This document shows, piece after piece, positions 42,435 through 51,945 of a stretch of 61,097 bases of DNA. The DNA lies in assembly GCA_046049215.1 (NCBI GenBank), contig JBJOER010000018.1:1-61097 (forward strand), given 5' to 3'. Positions within the stretch are counted from its first letter, which is position 1. Each line of letters starts with the position of its first letter. The translations under genes were made by a program, and so were the position numbers. Origin of the DNA: Bacteroidota bacterium. Its GTDB lineage: Bacteria > Bacteroidota > Bacteroidia > AKYH767-A > OLB10. The notes beneath the pieces were generated by a model. The model saw only the letters and a list, made by a program, of their open reading frames with translations, was not told the origin of the DNA and ran no database searches.

Positions 42435-45400
42435 ATGAATCTCCCGTCACTCAGTATCAACCGGCCGGTTCTGGCGATAGTCATGTCGCTGCTGATCATG
42501 CTGTTCGGGATGATCGGTTTCAATTTCCTGGGTGTTCGTGAGTACCCTTCGATCGATCCGCCTGTCATTACCGTGCGCACGGGCTATGCCGGTGCACATG
42601 CGGAGGTCGTCGAGTCGCAAATCACCGAGCCGCTGGAAAAAGCCATCAACGGCATTTCCGGTATCCGCACCATTTCTTCCGCCAGTAACCTCGGCAACAG
42701 TGTTATCACTGTCGAGTTCGATCTTGGCGTTAACCTCGAAGCGGCTGCCAATGATGTACGCGACAAGGTTTCGCAGGCCATCCGAAACCTACCCCAGGAC
42801 ATCGACGGATTGCCGACAGTGACCAAAAGCGACGCCAATTCCGATGCGATTATTTCATTGACAGTTCAAAGTTCGACGCGCAACGTGATCGAGTTGAGCG
42901 ACTATGCCGAGAACGTCATCGGCGAGCGTCTGCAAACCATTCCTGGTGTCAGCAACATCCAGTTCTGGGGTCAGAAACGTTCCGCCATGCGCCTATGGAT
43001 GGATCCGGCCAAGATGGCTGCTTTCCGGATCACGCCGATGGACATCCGTCAGGCACTCGACAAAGAGAATGTAGACCTGCCCGGTGGGAAGATCGCCGGG
43101 GATATGGCGGAGCTTACAGTCAAGACCGAAGCACGGCTTTCTACAGAGGACGATTTCAACAATTTGGTGTTGCGCAACGACGGTGATCGGATCATCCGCT
43201 TCCGCGATATCGGGCTGGCGGCAATCGGTCCGGAGAATGAGGAAACCATACTTAAAAACAACGGCATCCCCATGGTGGCCTGCGCACTGGTTCCGCAACC
43301 CGGTGCGAATTACATCGAGATCGCCGATGAGTTCTATAAGCGCCTGGAGCAGATCAGGAAGGACATTCCCTCCGATATCAGCCTTGGCATCGCCATGGAC
43401 AACACCCGCTTCGTGCGCAAATCGGTACTTGAAGTGGAAGAGACATTGTTGATCGCCATCGTTCTGGTCGTGCTGATCATCTACCTGTTCTTCCGCGACT
43501 GGCTCATCGCTTTCCGGCCCCTCATCGATATCCCTGTTTCACTCATCGGTGCTTTTTTCATCATGTACCTGATGGGCTTTTCCATCAATGTACTGACGCT
43601 GCTGGCCATCGTACTGGCGACCGGTCTGGTGGTGGATGACGGAATCGTCGTCACCGAGAACATCTTCAAAAAAGTCGAAAGAGGAATGAATCCGGTGGAG
43701 GCTGCACACAAGGGCTCACGTGAGATTTTCTTTGTGGTGATCTCCACATCCATCACATTGGCTGCGGTTTTTCTCCCTGTGATATTCATGCAGGGGTTCG
43801 TCGGACGGCTTTTCCGGGAGTTCGGTGTCGTATTGTCGGGCGCTGTACTCATCTCCGCATTCGTCAGCCTGTCGCTCACGCCTATGCTCAACGCCTACAT
43901 GGTGCGTAAGAAGAGCGGACACAGCAGGTTCTATGTCTGGACAGAACCTTTCTTCCGTCGTCTCGACGAGCGCTACAGGGACGCTCTATCCGGGTTCATG
44001 CGTACCCGTTGGATGGCCTGGGCCGCCCTCGGCTTAGTAAGCGGTATGATCGTCGTTTTCGGCGGGCTTTTGCAAAGTGAGCTCGCCCCTTTGGAGGATC
44101 GGAGCTGGTTCCGTCTGCTGGTCAGTGCTCCGGAGGGCTCTTCTTTCGAATACACCGACCGGTACATGAACACAGTGTCCGATCTCATCATGGACTCCGT
44201 TCCGGAAAAGCAGATATGCCTGACCGTTACAGCCCCCGGGTTCGCAGGATCAGGTGCGGTGAATACGGGATTCGGGCGTATCATGTTGAACGAGCCCGGT
44301 GACCGGCAGCGCTCCCAGCAGGAGATCGTCGACCAGGTGGGCCGCATGTTGCGCCCGCTGCCTGCAGCCCGCACTTTCGTGGTACAGGAACAGACCATAT
44401 CTGCCGGTGGAGGTCCCCGGGGCAGCCTGCCCGTGCAATTCGTCATCCAGACATCTGATTTCGAAAAGCTCAAAGGGGTTCTTCCACAATTCATGAAAGA
44501 GGTGGCCGCCGATCCCGTATTCCAGGGTTTTGATGTCAATCTCAAATTCAACAAGCCTGAACTCCAGGTGGAGATCGATCGTGAGAAGGCTGCAACACTG
44601 GGAATCCCGGTGCGTGATGTGGCCCAGACCATGCAGCTTGCTTACAGTGCTCAGCGCTTTGGGTATTTTCGACTGCAGGGAAAGCAGTATCAGGTCATCG
44701 GACAATTCGACCGCAGCAACCGCGACGAACCTGCCGATATCTCCCTCATCGGATTGCGCTCGGCAGACAACGGGTGGGTGCAATTGGACAACCTGGTCCG
44801 TTTTGATGAAAGGAGCAGCCCCCCGCAGCTCTATCACTACAACCGCTTCAAATCCGCTACGGTTTCGGCCGGTCTTGCTCCCGGACGCACCATCGGCGAC
44901 GGAGTGGAGGCTATGCAACGCATTTCGGAGAAGGTGCTCGACAACAGCTTCAGTACTGCGCTTACCGGTCCTGCCCGCGATTATACCGAAAGCTCCTCCA
45001 ATGCCCTGTATGCATTCCTGCTTGCGCTACTCATCATTTACCTCATCCTGGCGGCCCAGTTCGAAAGCTTCATCGATCCTTTCATCATCATGCTGACCGT
45101 ACCGCTTGCCCTGGGCGGAGCGGTTTTCACCTTGTGGTATTTCAATCTTACCCTGAACATCTTCAGTCAGATCGGTATGATCATGCTCATTGGTCTGGTG
45201 ACGAAGAATGGCATCATGATCGTTGAGTTCGCCAATCAGTTGCGTGCACAAGGGAAAGACAAGGTCGAAGCCATACTGGAGGCATCCACCATGCGGCTGC
45301 GTCCCATCCTGATGACGACGATAGCCACCATCCTTGGTGCCATGCCCATTGCCTTGGCGCTGGGTGCCGGGGCGAAAAGCAGGATCCCTATGGGAGCAGT

Positions 45401-45503
45401 CATTGTGGGAGGACTCCTCTTTTCGCTTGTACTCACCTTATTCGTCATTCCGGCAACCTACACTTACCTGAGCAGAAAAAAAGGGAGGGTCGGTCATGCT
45501 TAG
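42435..45503 (+). CDS. Efflux RND transporter permease subunit (AcrB/AcrD/AcrF family)
   Basis: The 1022-aa product starts LSINRPVLAIVMSLLIMLFG..REYPSIDPPVITV. It has a 12-TM, two-large-periplasmic-loop architecture, with GLVVDDGIVVTENI and LIGLVTKNGIMIVEF blocks. Confidence 0.95.
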   Translation: MNLPSLSINRPVLAIVMSLLIMLFGMIGFNFLGVREYPSIDPPVITVRTGYAGAHAEVVESQITEPLEKAINGISGIRTISSASNLGNSVITVEFDLGVNLEAAANDVRDKVSQAIRNLPQDIDGLPTVTKSDANSDAIISLTVQSSTRNVIELSDYAENVIGERLQTIPGVSNIQFWGQKRSAMRLWMDPAKMAAFRITPMDIRQALDKENVDLPGGKIAGDMAELTVKTEARLSTEDDFNNLVLRNDGDRIIRFRDIGLAAIGPENEETILKNNGIPMVACALVPQPGANYIEIADEFYKRLEQIRKDIPSDISLGIAMDNTRFVRKSVLEVEETLLIAIVLVVLIIYLFFRDWLIAFRPLIDIPVSLIGAFFIMYLMGFSINVLTLLAIVLATGLVVDDGIVVTENIFKKVERGMNPVEAAHKGSREIFFVVISTSITLAAVFLPVIFMQGFVGRLFREFGVVLSGAVLISAFVSLSLTPMLNAYMVRKKSGHSRFYVWTEPFFRRLDERYRDALSGFMRTRWMAWAALGLVSGMIVVFGGLLQSELAPLEDRSWFRLLVSAPEGSSFEYTDRYMNTVSDLIMDSVPEKQICLTVTAPGFAGSGAVNTGFGRIMLNEPGDRQRSQQEIVDQVGRMLRPLPAARTFVVQEQTISAGGGPRGSLPVQFVIQTSDFEKLKGVLPQFMKEVAADPVFQGFDVNLKFNKPELQVEIDREKAATLGIPVRDVAQTMQLAYSAQRFGYFRLQGKQYQVIGQFDRSNRDEPADISLIGLRSADNGWVQLDNLVRFDERSSPPQLYHYNRFKSATVSAGLAPGRTIGDGVEAMQRISEKVLDNSFSTALTGPARDYTESSSNALYAFLLALLIIYLILAAQFESFIDPFIIMLTVPLALGGAVFTLWYFNLTLNIFSQIGMIMLIGLVTKNGIMIVEFANQLRAQGKDKVEAILEASTMRLRPILMTTIATILGAMPIALALGAGAKSRIPMGAVIVGGLLFSLVLTLFVIPATYTYLSRKKGRVGHA

Positions 45504-46854
45504 AAGGATACGGTTAATCCATCGTCTGTCCATTCAGGATGTCTTTAGGCATGGGAGTATCATTCTCCTGGTCTCAGCTTGCGCATCGTTACCGGTTCAG
45601 GCTCAGGCTCAGGAGCTTCTTTCTTTGAGAGATGCAGTGTCGATCGCGCTGGAAAAGAACTACGGTTTGGTGGCCGTCGGTCTCAAACGTAATCAAGCGG
45701 AATTGCAGAATACCGCGGGCGAGGCCGGCATGCTGCCAGCCGTAAATGTCAATGGTGTTTATGAAAAAAACAATCTCGATTTACAGCAGCGACTGGCCGA
45801 TGGAAGAGTCATAGAACGCGATGCTGCATCTTCTTCATTTTTGAGCGGCAACGCCACACTCACCTGGACCTTGTTCGATGGGATGGCCATGTTCATACGC
45901 AAAGAGCGCCTGGCCGGAATGGAGGAAGATGCGAGGCTCAGTCAACGGTTGCTGATGGAAAGTACCATCTCACAGTTGATAGCAGCCTATTTTTCATTGC
46001 GTACTGAGCAAGACCAGATACTGGCTTTGCAGGAATTGTTGCAGGTGGACAGTGTGCGTGTATCACTTGCTTCTATGCGTCTTGAGTCCGGAACCGGATC
46101 CAAACCAGAGCTATTGCAAGCCACCATCGAGCAGAATCTACATCAAGCGCAGTTGATCGCTCGCACTTCTGCAAGACAGGATCAGCAGGAAAATCTCAAC
46201 ATTCTTCTCGGGCGGGATCCATCCATCTCCATTGTAACAACGGATAGCATTGTCTTGCGTGAAGTAGAGCTTGACGAGGATTCACGTTCAAGAGATGTCG
46301 GATTGCTTTTGGCCCGTCAACAAAAAGTGACGGCCATTCAGGTCTGGAAAGAAAATAAAGCCTTACGGTATCCATCGTTGTCGTTTCAGGGTGGTTATGC
46401 ATTCAACCGCACTGAAAACGAAGCTGGATTCTTGTTGCGTAATCAGAATACAGGACCCGGCTACGGATTGCTTCTCTCCTGGAACCTCTTCGACGGACGA
46501 CGTACCGATCGAATGATCCGGAAGGCCGAATTGGATGTGAAGTTGGCCGAGACCCGAGAATCGGAGGTTTTCAATATACGCAAGCGCTCTGAGGTGAAAG
46601 CATTACGCCTCTACCGCGACTCTAAAGCCACTGTTTATCTGGAGGAAGCGACTGTACAGATGGCCAGTGAGAATCTTCAAATCGTACTGGAGCGCCTCCG
46701 ATCGGGATTGGCCAATGCACTCGAGATCCAGGAGGCCGAGCGTCTTTATCAAGACAGTGTGACCCGCCTGTCTCTTGCCCGTTATCAGGCCAAGCTGGCT
46801 GAGACGGAATTACTGAGATTAAAAGGTGAGTTGATTTCAGATGCCGGCAGGTGA
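45496..46854 (+). CDS. TolC-family outer-membrane efflux channel
   Basis: The start overlaps the pump stop by 8 nt. A signal peptide is present. There are two repeated OEP-type helical halves (LSLRDAVSIALEKNYGL..; ..LANALEIQEAERLYQDSVTRLSLARYQAKLAETELLRLKGEL). Confidence 0.85.
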   Translation: MLRRIRLIHRLSIQDVFRHGSIILLVSACASLPVQAQAQELLSLRDAVSIALEKNYGLVAVGLKRNQAELQNTAGEAGMLPAVNVNGVYEKNNLDLQQRLADGRVIERDAASSSFLSGNATLTWTLFDGMAMFIRKERLAGMEEDARLSQRLLMESTISQLIAAYFSLRTEQDQILALQELLQVDSVRVSLASMRLESGTGSKPELLQATIEQNLHQAQLIARTSARQDQQENLNILLGRDPSISIVTTDSIVLREVELDEDSRSRDVGLLLARQQKVTAIQVWKENKALRYPSLSFQGGYAFNRTENEAGFLLRNQNTGPGYGLLLSWNLFDGRRTDRMIRKAELDVKLAETRESEVFNIRKRSEVKALRLYRDSKATVYLEEATVQMASENLQIVLERLRSGLANALEIQEAERLYQDSVTRLSLARYQAKLAETELLRLKGELISDAGR

Positions 46855-47014
46855 CCTGTTCTAAGTTTTTTCAAAACTACAATCCAGAACCAACTTCTGA
46901 ATCTTTGTATCCTTGTTGCTTCTTTCGTGTACTTTTTGGTGATGAGTAGAGTTGAATGTCAGGGAGAATACTCTGTTATTTAACCGTTATACAACTTATT
47001 TGGGTATAGTCAAT

Positions 47015-47047
47015 AAAAAACCCGGCCGCGAATCAGCCGGGTTTTTA
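47015..47047. terminator. Bidirectional rho-independent terminator between the TolC gene and the convergent ompA-family gene
   Basis: aaaaaa-cccggc-cgcgaatca-gccggg-ttttt has a GC stem flanked by an A-run and a T-run, so it reads as a terminator on both strands. Confidence 0.7.
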
Positions 47048-47064
47048 TTGTTTTCAGGATTTGC

Positions 47065-47907
47065 CTATTGCTTCGGCTCCATCAACTTGAAGAACTGATC
47101 GAGTTGAGGCAGGATGACAATGCGGGTACGACGGTTGAGTGAACGACCGCCCTCTTTGGCATTGTCGGCTACCGGTATGAATTCACCACGACCGGCAGCG
47201 ATCATGCGGGTGGGATCCACACCGTGAACTTTCTGAAGGTTGCGTACAACGCTGGCGGCACGCAGTACGGAAAGATCCCAATTGTCCTTGATGGATGAAG
47301 TACTGATCGGCTTGGTGTCGGTATGGCCTTCTACCATGAACTGCACATCGGGTTGGTTTTTCAACACCAGAGCCACCTTGCCAAGGACCTCTTTTGCACG
47401 AGGACTGATTTCAGTACTACCGCTGCTGAACAGAAGCTTGTCGGAGATATTGATGAAAACAGCGCTCCCTTCCACCTTGATGTTCACATCTTCATCGTTC
47501 ACGTCCTGCAGGGCTCCTTTCAGATTCAGTACGAGAGCCATGTTCAGGGAGTCCTTTCTAGCCATTTCCACCTGCAAGCCCTTGATGTAGGCGTCTTTGG
47601 AGCTGATGTTGTCCATCGATTTGCGGATGCTCTCGGCCTGAGCGGCAGTGATCACCGACATATCACTCAGCTGACGGAGCATGGCACCACCGCTCGCCTT
47701 GGCTTCCTCGAGATCCTTCCGAAGTTTTTCAATGTCGGCATTCTTCATTTGTTGCTCCGCAAGACAACGCTGAAGGTTGCTTTCCGTCGTATCGAAATCG
47801 GCTTTCAGTTGTTCGTATTGCTTCACCTGTTGGGTGAACTTTTTCTTGCTGACGCAGCCGGTGGCCATGAATCCGATGGCCAGCAGCGAAAAGAGAATTG
47901 TCCTCAT
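47065..47907 (-). CDS. OmpA/MotB-family lipoprotein with N-terminal coiled-coil
   Basis: The lipobox is FMATGCVSK. A coiled-coil region follows. The OmpA_C block is VEGHTDTKPIS..NWDLSVLRAASVVRNL..GVDPTRMIAAGRGEF.P...........NRRTRIVILP. Confidence 0.85.
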   Translation of the reverse strand: MRTILFSLLAIGFMATGCVSKKKFTQQVKQYEQLKADFDTTESNLQRCLAEQQMKNADIEKLRKDLEEAKASGGAMLRQLSDMSVITAAQAESIRKSMDNISSKDAYIKGLQVEMARKDSLNMALVLNLKGALQDVNDEDVNIKVEGSAVFINISDKLLFSSGSTEISPRAKEVLGKVALVLKNQPDVQFMVEGHTDTKPISTSSIKDNWDLSVLRAASVVRNLQKVHGVDPTRMIAAGRGEFIPVADNAKEGGRSLNRRTRIVILPQLDQFFKLMEPKQ

Positions 47908-47937
47908 GTAATTAATGATGTTTAATTTTTCCGATTA

Positions 47938-47945
47938 CAAAGCTA
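47938..47945 (-). promoter_or_regulatory. Candidate -7 promoter box (TAGCTTTG) for the ompA-family gene
   Basis: Plus-strand CAAAGCTA is TAGCTTTG on the minus strand. It lies 30 nt upstream of the ATG at 47907. Confidence 0.35.
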
Positions 47946-48176
47946 ATCTCCGGGACGCCAACACCAGCTTTATTGGTCAAATTAGTTGGTGAATTATACA
48001 CATTCCGTGTTGAAAAGGTGGGTAAAAGTTCAAGGGCTTTTAACGCTGTTTTCAGCAGAAACGAAACAATTTATTTAGGTTTTGCCCCTTTCGTTTGGGG
48101 CTTTGTTCGGAAAGTTCAGGTGGGTTCCTTTTGACCAATCCCAATCTTCTGTAATTTACTGCCACCAAAACCCGCC

Positions 48177-49616
48177 ATGTCCAAGCTCCAATCACATTCC
48201 ACTGCTGCGTTACCCGTTCTCATTTCCGTTTTCTTTTTCTGGGGATTTGTCGCCGCCAGCAACGATATCCTCATCCCTGTTTTCAAAGAAAAACTCAATC
48301 TGGAACAATGGCAAAGCCAGATGATCTCGTTCGCGTTTTACGTGGCCTATACGGTGGGATCTATCGCCTATCAGCTGATCAGCAGGGCACGTGGCGGGGA
48401 TCTACTGAACAGCATGGGGTACAAGAATGGAATCGCATTAGGACTGGTGATATCTGCTATCGGGACACTCTTGTTTTACCCGGCGGCTGAAACCGGGTCC
48501 TTCGGGATCATGATCACCGGACTTTTTATTGTGGGACTTGGATTCTCACTGCAACAAACCGCCGCCAATCCCCTGGTCATCACCATCGGCAATCCCCAAA
48601 AGGGATCACAAAGGCTCAGTCTTGCCGGTGGTATAAATAACATCGGCACTACCATCGGACCCGTCATCGTCAGTTTCGCGATTTTTGGTTCTTTGGCCTC
48701 CGGGGCTCAACTCGACTCGCTCTCCGCAGTGAAGGTGCCCTACCTGATTTTGGGAGCGGCATTCCTGATAGTTGCCTTTCTCTTCAGAAACTCCTCTCTG
48801 CCTGATCGCATCCATCACGAAGAGGAGCAATCGACAGCTGAAGGGCTGTCCCACGCCCGTTCCGCATTATCCTATCCTCAATTGTGGTTAGGGATGATCG
48901 CCATCTTTCTGTACGTGGGTGTAGAGGTATCCACGGCTTCGAATCTTCCGGAATACATGCGGGTGTATCTGCAGACTCCCACCAGCGAAATAGCCCCTTA
49001 CGTTTCGCTCTTCTGGGCCAGCCTGATGATCGGTCGCTGGACCGGGGCAGTGGGCGCCTTCGATGTGAAGCAAGGTATGCGTAAATTCCTGAATGTGTTG
49101 CTGCCCTATGCGGCCTTCTGCGTATTCCTGCTGACCAATCGGATTGCCAATCACGATCTGACGCCGTTCTATGTTTATGCACTCGTGATCATCGCCATCA
49201 TTGTTGCGGATATGCTCAGCAAGGGCAATCCCGCCAGACAGCTGCTCCTCTTCTCCATCTGTGGAATAATTGCTTTGATGATCGGGATGTTCAGCGAAGG
49301 GATGGTGGCGGTTTATGCGTTCATCAGTGTAGGACTTTTTTGTTCTACCCTGTGGCCTTGCATCTTCACGCTGGCCATTGCCGGTCTGGGCCGTTACACG
49401 AATCAGGGATCCGGCTATCTCGTGATGATGATCATGGGTGGAGGATTTATCAGTCTGTTGCAGGGCTGGCTGGCAGGCGATAACCTGCTCGGGATCCGTT
49501 TCAGTTACCTCGTGGGCGTGGCCTGCTTCGCATTTCTTGCCTGGTACGGCTGGAAGGCTCGTCGTATCCTTGCCGGACAGGGAATCTCCTACGACAAACC
49601 AACATCTTCCCACTGA
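48177..49616 (+). CDS. Sugar MFS transporter (FucP/GluP/NagP-type sugar:H+ symporter)
   Basis: The N-terminal signature FFFWGFVAASNDILIPVFKEKLNL..SQMISFAFYVAYTVGS matches the FucP/GluP pattern. There are 12 TM helices. It is the first gene of the glycan-degradation operon. Confidence 0.85.
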   Translation: MSKLQSHSTAALPVLISVFFFWGFVAASNDILIPVFKEKLNLEQWQSQMISFAFYVAYTVGSIAYQLISRARGGDLLNSMGYKNGIALGLVISAIGTLLFYPAAETGSFGIMITGLFIVGLGFSLQQTAANPLVITIGNPQKGSQRLSLAGGINNIGTTIGPVIVSFAIFGSLASGAQLDSLSAVKVPYLILGAAFLIVAFLFRNSSLPDRIHHEEEQSTAEGLSHARSALSYPQLWLGMIAIFLYVGVEVSTASNLPEYMRVYLQTPTSEIAPYVSLFWASLMIGRWTGAVGAFDVKQGMRKFLNVLLPYAAFCVFLLTNRIANHDLTPFYVYALVIIAIIVADMLSKGNPARQLLLFSICGIIALMIGMFSEGMVAVYAFISVGLFCSTLWPCIFTLAIAGLGRYTNQGSGYLVMMIMGGGFISLLQGWLAGDNLLGIRFSYLVGVACFAFLAWYGWKARRILAGQGISYDKPTSSH

Positions 49617-49621
49617 TTAGG

Positions 49622-49649
49622 GTTACCCCATCTCCGTACTCGATGGGTA
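49622..49649 (+). other. Intercistronic hairpin between the MFS transporter and GH20 genes
   Basis: ttaccccatc (49622-49631) pairs with gatgggtaa (49641-49649), giving a 9-bp stem with one bulged C and a 9-nt loop. There is no U-run, so it may be a partial terminator or an mRNA-stability element. Confidence 0.3.
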
Positions 49650-49669
49650 AACGTTGAAATCACTACCTC

Positions 49670-51928
49670 ATGAATTTCCACTCTTTCCGGTCACTAGGTC
49701 TGGGCATGGTCTTCGGACTGTTGTCATACATATCCCCTGTTCAGGCAGCCGAAGTGCGGGAGCCTGCAATCATTCCTCGCCCCAACAACCTGACCCTCTC
49801 GAAGGGATATTTCCAGGTTATTCCAAGCAGTACTATTCTGGCTGATGGTCAGGCCCTACCGGCAGCCCGACTGTTGCAGGCCTGGACAAAGTCATCTTTT
49901 GGGTATGCCTGGCCGATAGTCTCTGCGACCAGAGGGAAATCCCAGCTGATCGTGTATTCGCTGGTGAGCGATTCGTCCGAGCGGTATACCCTGCGAATGA
50001 CGAAGAAGAGAATTGTAGTGGAAGGAGGAGCGAAGGGCCTGGTGCGTGCCACTGCCACCATTTTACAACTAGTGCAGGCGGCCGAAGAAGATCCCCATCA
50101 CCGAATTCCCTGTCTCACTATCCACGACGAACCGGTTTTCAAGTACCGCGGTGTCCACCTCGATGTCTGCCGGCATTTCATGTCGAAGGATTTCGTGAAG
50201 CGCTATATCGATTTATTGGCCATGCATAAGATGAATACCTTTCACTGGCATCTGACCGAAGACCAGGGATGGCGCATCGAAATCAAGAAATATCCGTTGT
50301 TGACGCAGGTGGGTGCCTGGCGCAACGGAAGCATGGTCGGTCCCTATCGCGATCAACTGTTCGATACGATTCGTTATGGAGGATTTTATACGCAGGATGA
50401 TATCCGGGAAGTAGTGGCTTACGCCTCCGAGCGTCAGATCACCATCATTCCTGAGATTGAAATGCCCGGCCACGCAGTGGCAGCCCTTGCCGCTTATCCT
50501 CAATATTCCTGCACCGGCCAGGTGAAAGAGGTGGCCCGTGGATGGGGCGTGTTTGACGATGTGTTTTGTGTAAATGATTCCACCTTCGCTTTCCTGGAGG
50601 ATGTGTTGTCCGAGGTGATGCAACTCTTCCCTTCCAGGTATATTCATATCGGAGGAGACGAGTGTCCGAAATCCCGCTGGAAGGTGTGCCCGAAATGCAT
50701 AGAAACGCGCTATGCCAATAACCTGAAGGACGAACACGAACTGCAGAGCTACTTTATCCGGCGGATCGAAAAATTCCTGAACAGCAAGGGGCGACAGATC
50801 ATCGGATGGGATGAGATCCTTGAAGGAGGACTTGCTCCGAATGCCACGGTGATGAGTTGGCGTGGTACAGAAGGAGGCATCGCCGCTGCACGTGAGAAAC
50901 ATGACGTGGTCATGACCCCCGGATCACATTGCTATTTCGACCACTACCAGGGTGAACGAGGCTCCGAGCCGTTGGCGATCGGAGGCTATACGCCCCTGGA
51001 AAAGGTATATGCCTACCGCCCTATACCCTCGGAACTCAATCCGGAGGAGCACCGCTATATTTTGGGAGCTCAGGCAAACGTGTGGACCGAGTACATGCCC
51101 GACAGTTCACAGGTGGAGTATATGCTCCTTCCCAGGTTGTGTGCTTTGTCGGAAGTATTATGGACCGATACAATACGTCACGATGAACAGGAGTTCTACG
51201 ACAGGGTGCTGCGTCACCAACGCCTGCTCGACCGTTGGAAAGTGAATTACTCGACCACCTGGATGGCTCCGACTTTGCAGGTCGAGCCCGGACCCGTAGT
51301 GCCTTCGCTCCGTCTTGGTCTTGAATCGAAATTTCCGCAAACAATCGAATGGGCGTGGTCCACGCCGGAAACCAAAGTGAGGCTGATGCCTTATGAGGGG
51401 CCGTTCGTTGCGACTTCGTCTGGGACCCTCATAGTAAGAAGCACTGCAGGGAATGTGGTGAAACAACTTTCTTTCCCTTTCGAATTCTCCAATTCCACCG
51501 GTGCCCGTGTCGAACTATCGGTGCCGGGTGACCGCAATTACAACAATCCGGCTTTCACGCTTTGCGATGGTCAAACCGGTTCTTATCCTTGGTCGGGGAA
51601 GCAATGGGTGGGATGGATCGGTAAGAATGCCGAAGTCAACATCGATCTGGGTGGTGAAAAAGAAGTGGACAGTGTTGTGGTGACTGTCCTGCACGATCCG
51701 GTCAGCTGGATCCATGCTCCGGGTTCGATTGTCATCAATGTCGGCACTACAACAGTAGCTTCCGGTGTAACCGGCCGTGAAACCGGTCTGATGCGCATTG
51801 TCCTTCCGGTAAAGATCAAGACGAGAAATCTTCAGGTTGGATTCCTTAGCCTCGGCAAGAATCCCGAAGGCAGTGCCGGTGCCGGTGAAGACGGTTGGAT
51901 GTTCGTATCGGAAATCCAGGTGTATTGA
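49670..51928 (+). CDS. GH20 beta-N-acetylhexosaminidase with C-terminal discoidin/F5-8-type-C-like domain
   Basis: A signal peptide is present. GH20 blocks are RGVHLDVCRHF, FHWHLTEDQGWRIEIKKYP, IIPEIEMPGH and IHIGGDECPK, plus WRGTEGG. The C-terminal ~140 aa are homologous to the C-terminus of the GH92 enzyme in the same operon. Confidence 0.9.
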   Translation: MNFHSFRSLGLGMVFGLLSYISPVQAAEVREPAIIPRPNNLTLSKGYFQVIPSSTILADGQALPAARLLQAWTKSSFGYAWPIVSATRGKSQLIVYSLVSDSSERYTLRMTKKRIVVEGGAKGLVRATATILQLVQAAEEDPHHRIPCLTIHDEPVFKYRGVHLDVCRHFMSKDFVKRYIDLLAMHKMNTFHWHLTEDQGWRIEIKKYPLLTQVGAWRNGSMVGPYRDQLFDTIRYGGFYTQDDIREVVAYASERQITIIPEIEMPGHAVAALAAYPQYSCTGQVKEVARGWGVFDDVFCVNDSTFAFLEDVLSEVMQLFPSRYIHIGGDECPKSRWKVCPKCIETRYANNLKDEHELQSYFIRRIEKFLNSKGRQIIGWDEILEGGLAPNATVMSWRGTEGGIAAAREKHDVVMTPGSHCYFDHYQGERGSEPLAIGGYTPLEKVYAYRPIPSELNPEEHRYILGAQANVWTEYMPDSSQVEYMLLPRLCALSEVLWTDTIRHDEQEFYDRVLRHQRLLDRWKVNYSTTWMAPTLQVEPGPVVPSLRLGLESKFPQTIEWAWSTPETKVRLMPYEGPFVATSSGTLIVRSTAGNVVKQLSFPFEFSNSTGARVELSVPGDRNYNNPAFTLCDGQTGSYPWSGKQWVGWIGKNAEVNIDLGGEKEVDSVVVTVLHDPVSWIHAPGSIVINVGTTTVASGVTGRETGLMRIVLPVKIKTRNLQVGFLSLGKNPEGSAGAGEDGWMFVSEIQVY

Positions 51929-51945
51929 TAACATAGAATCGGGCT

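Noticed and set aside
46938-46982. A 13-codon mini-ORF (MSRVECQGEYSVI) in the AT-rich spacer after the TolC gene.
   Set aside because: It has no promoter box or conservation evidence and is within chance expectation for a 210-bp spacer.
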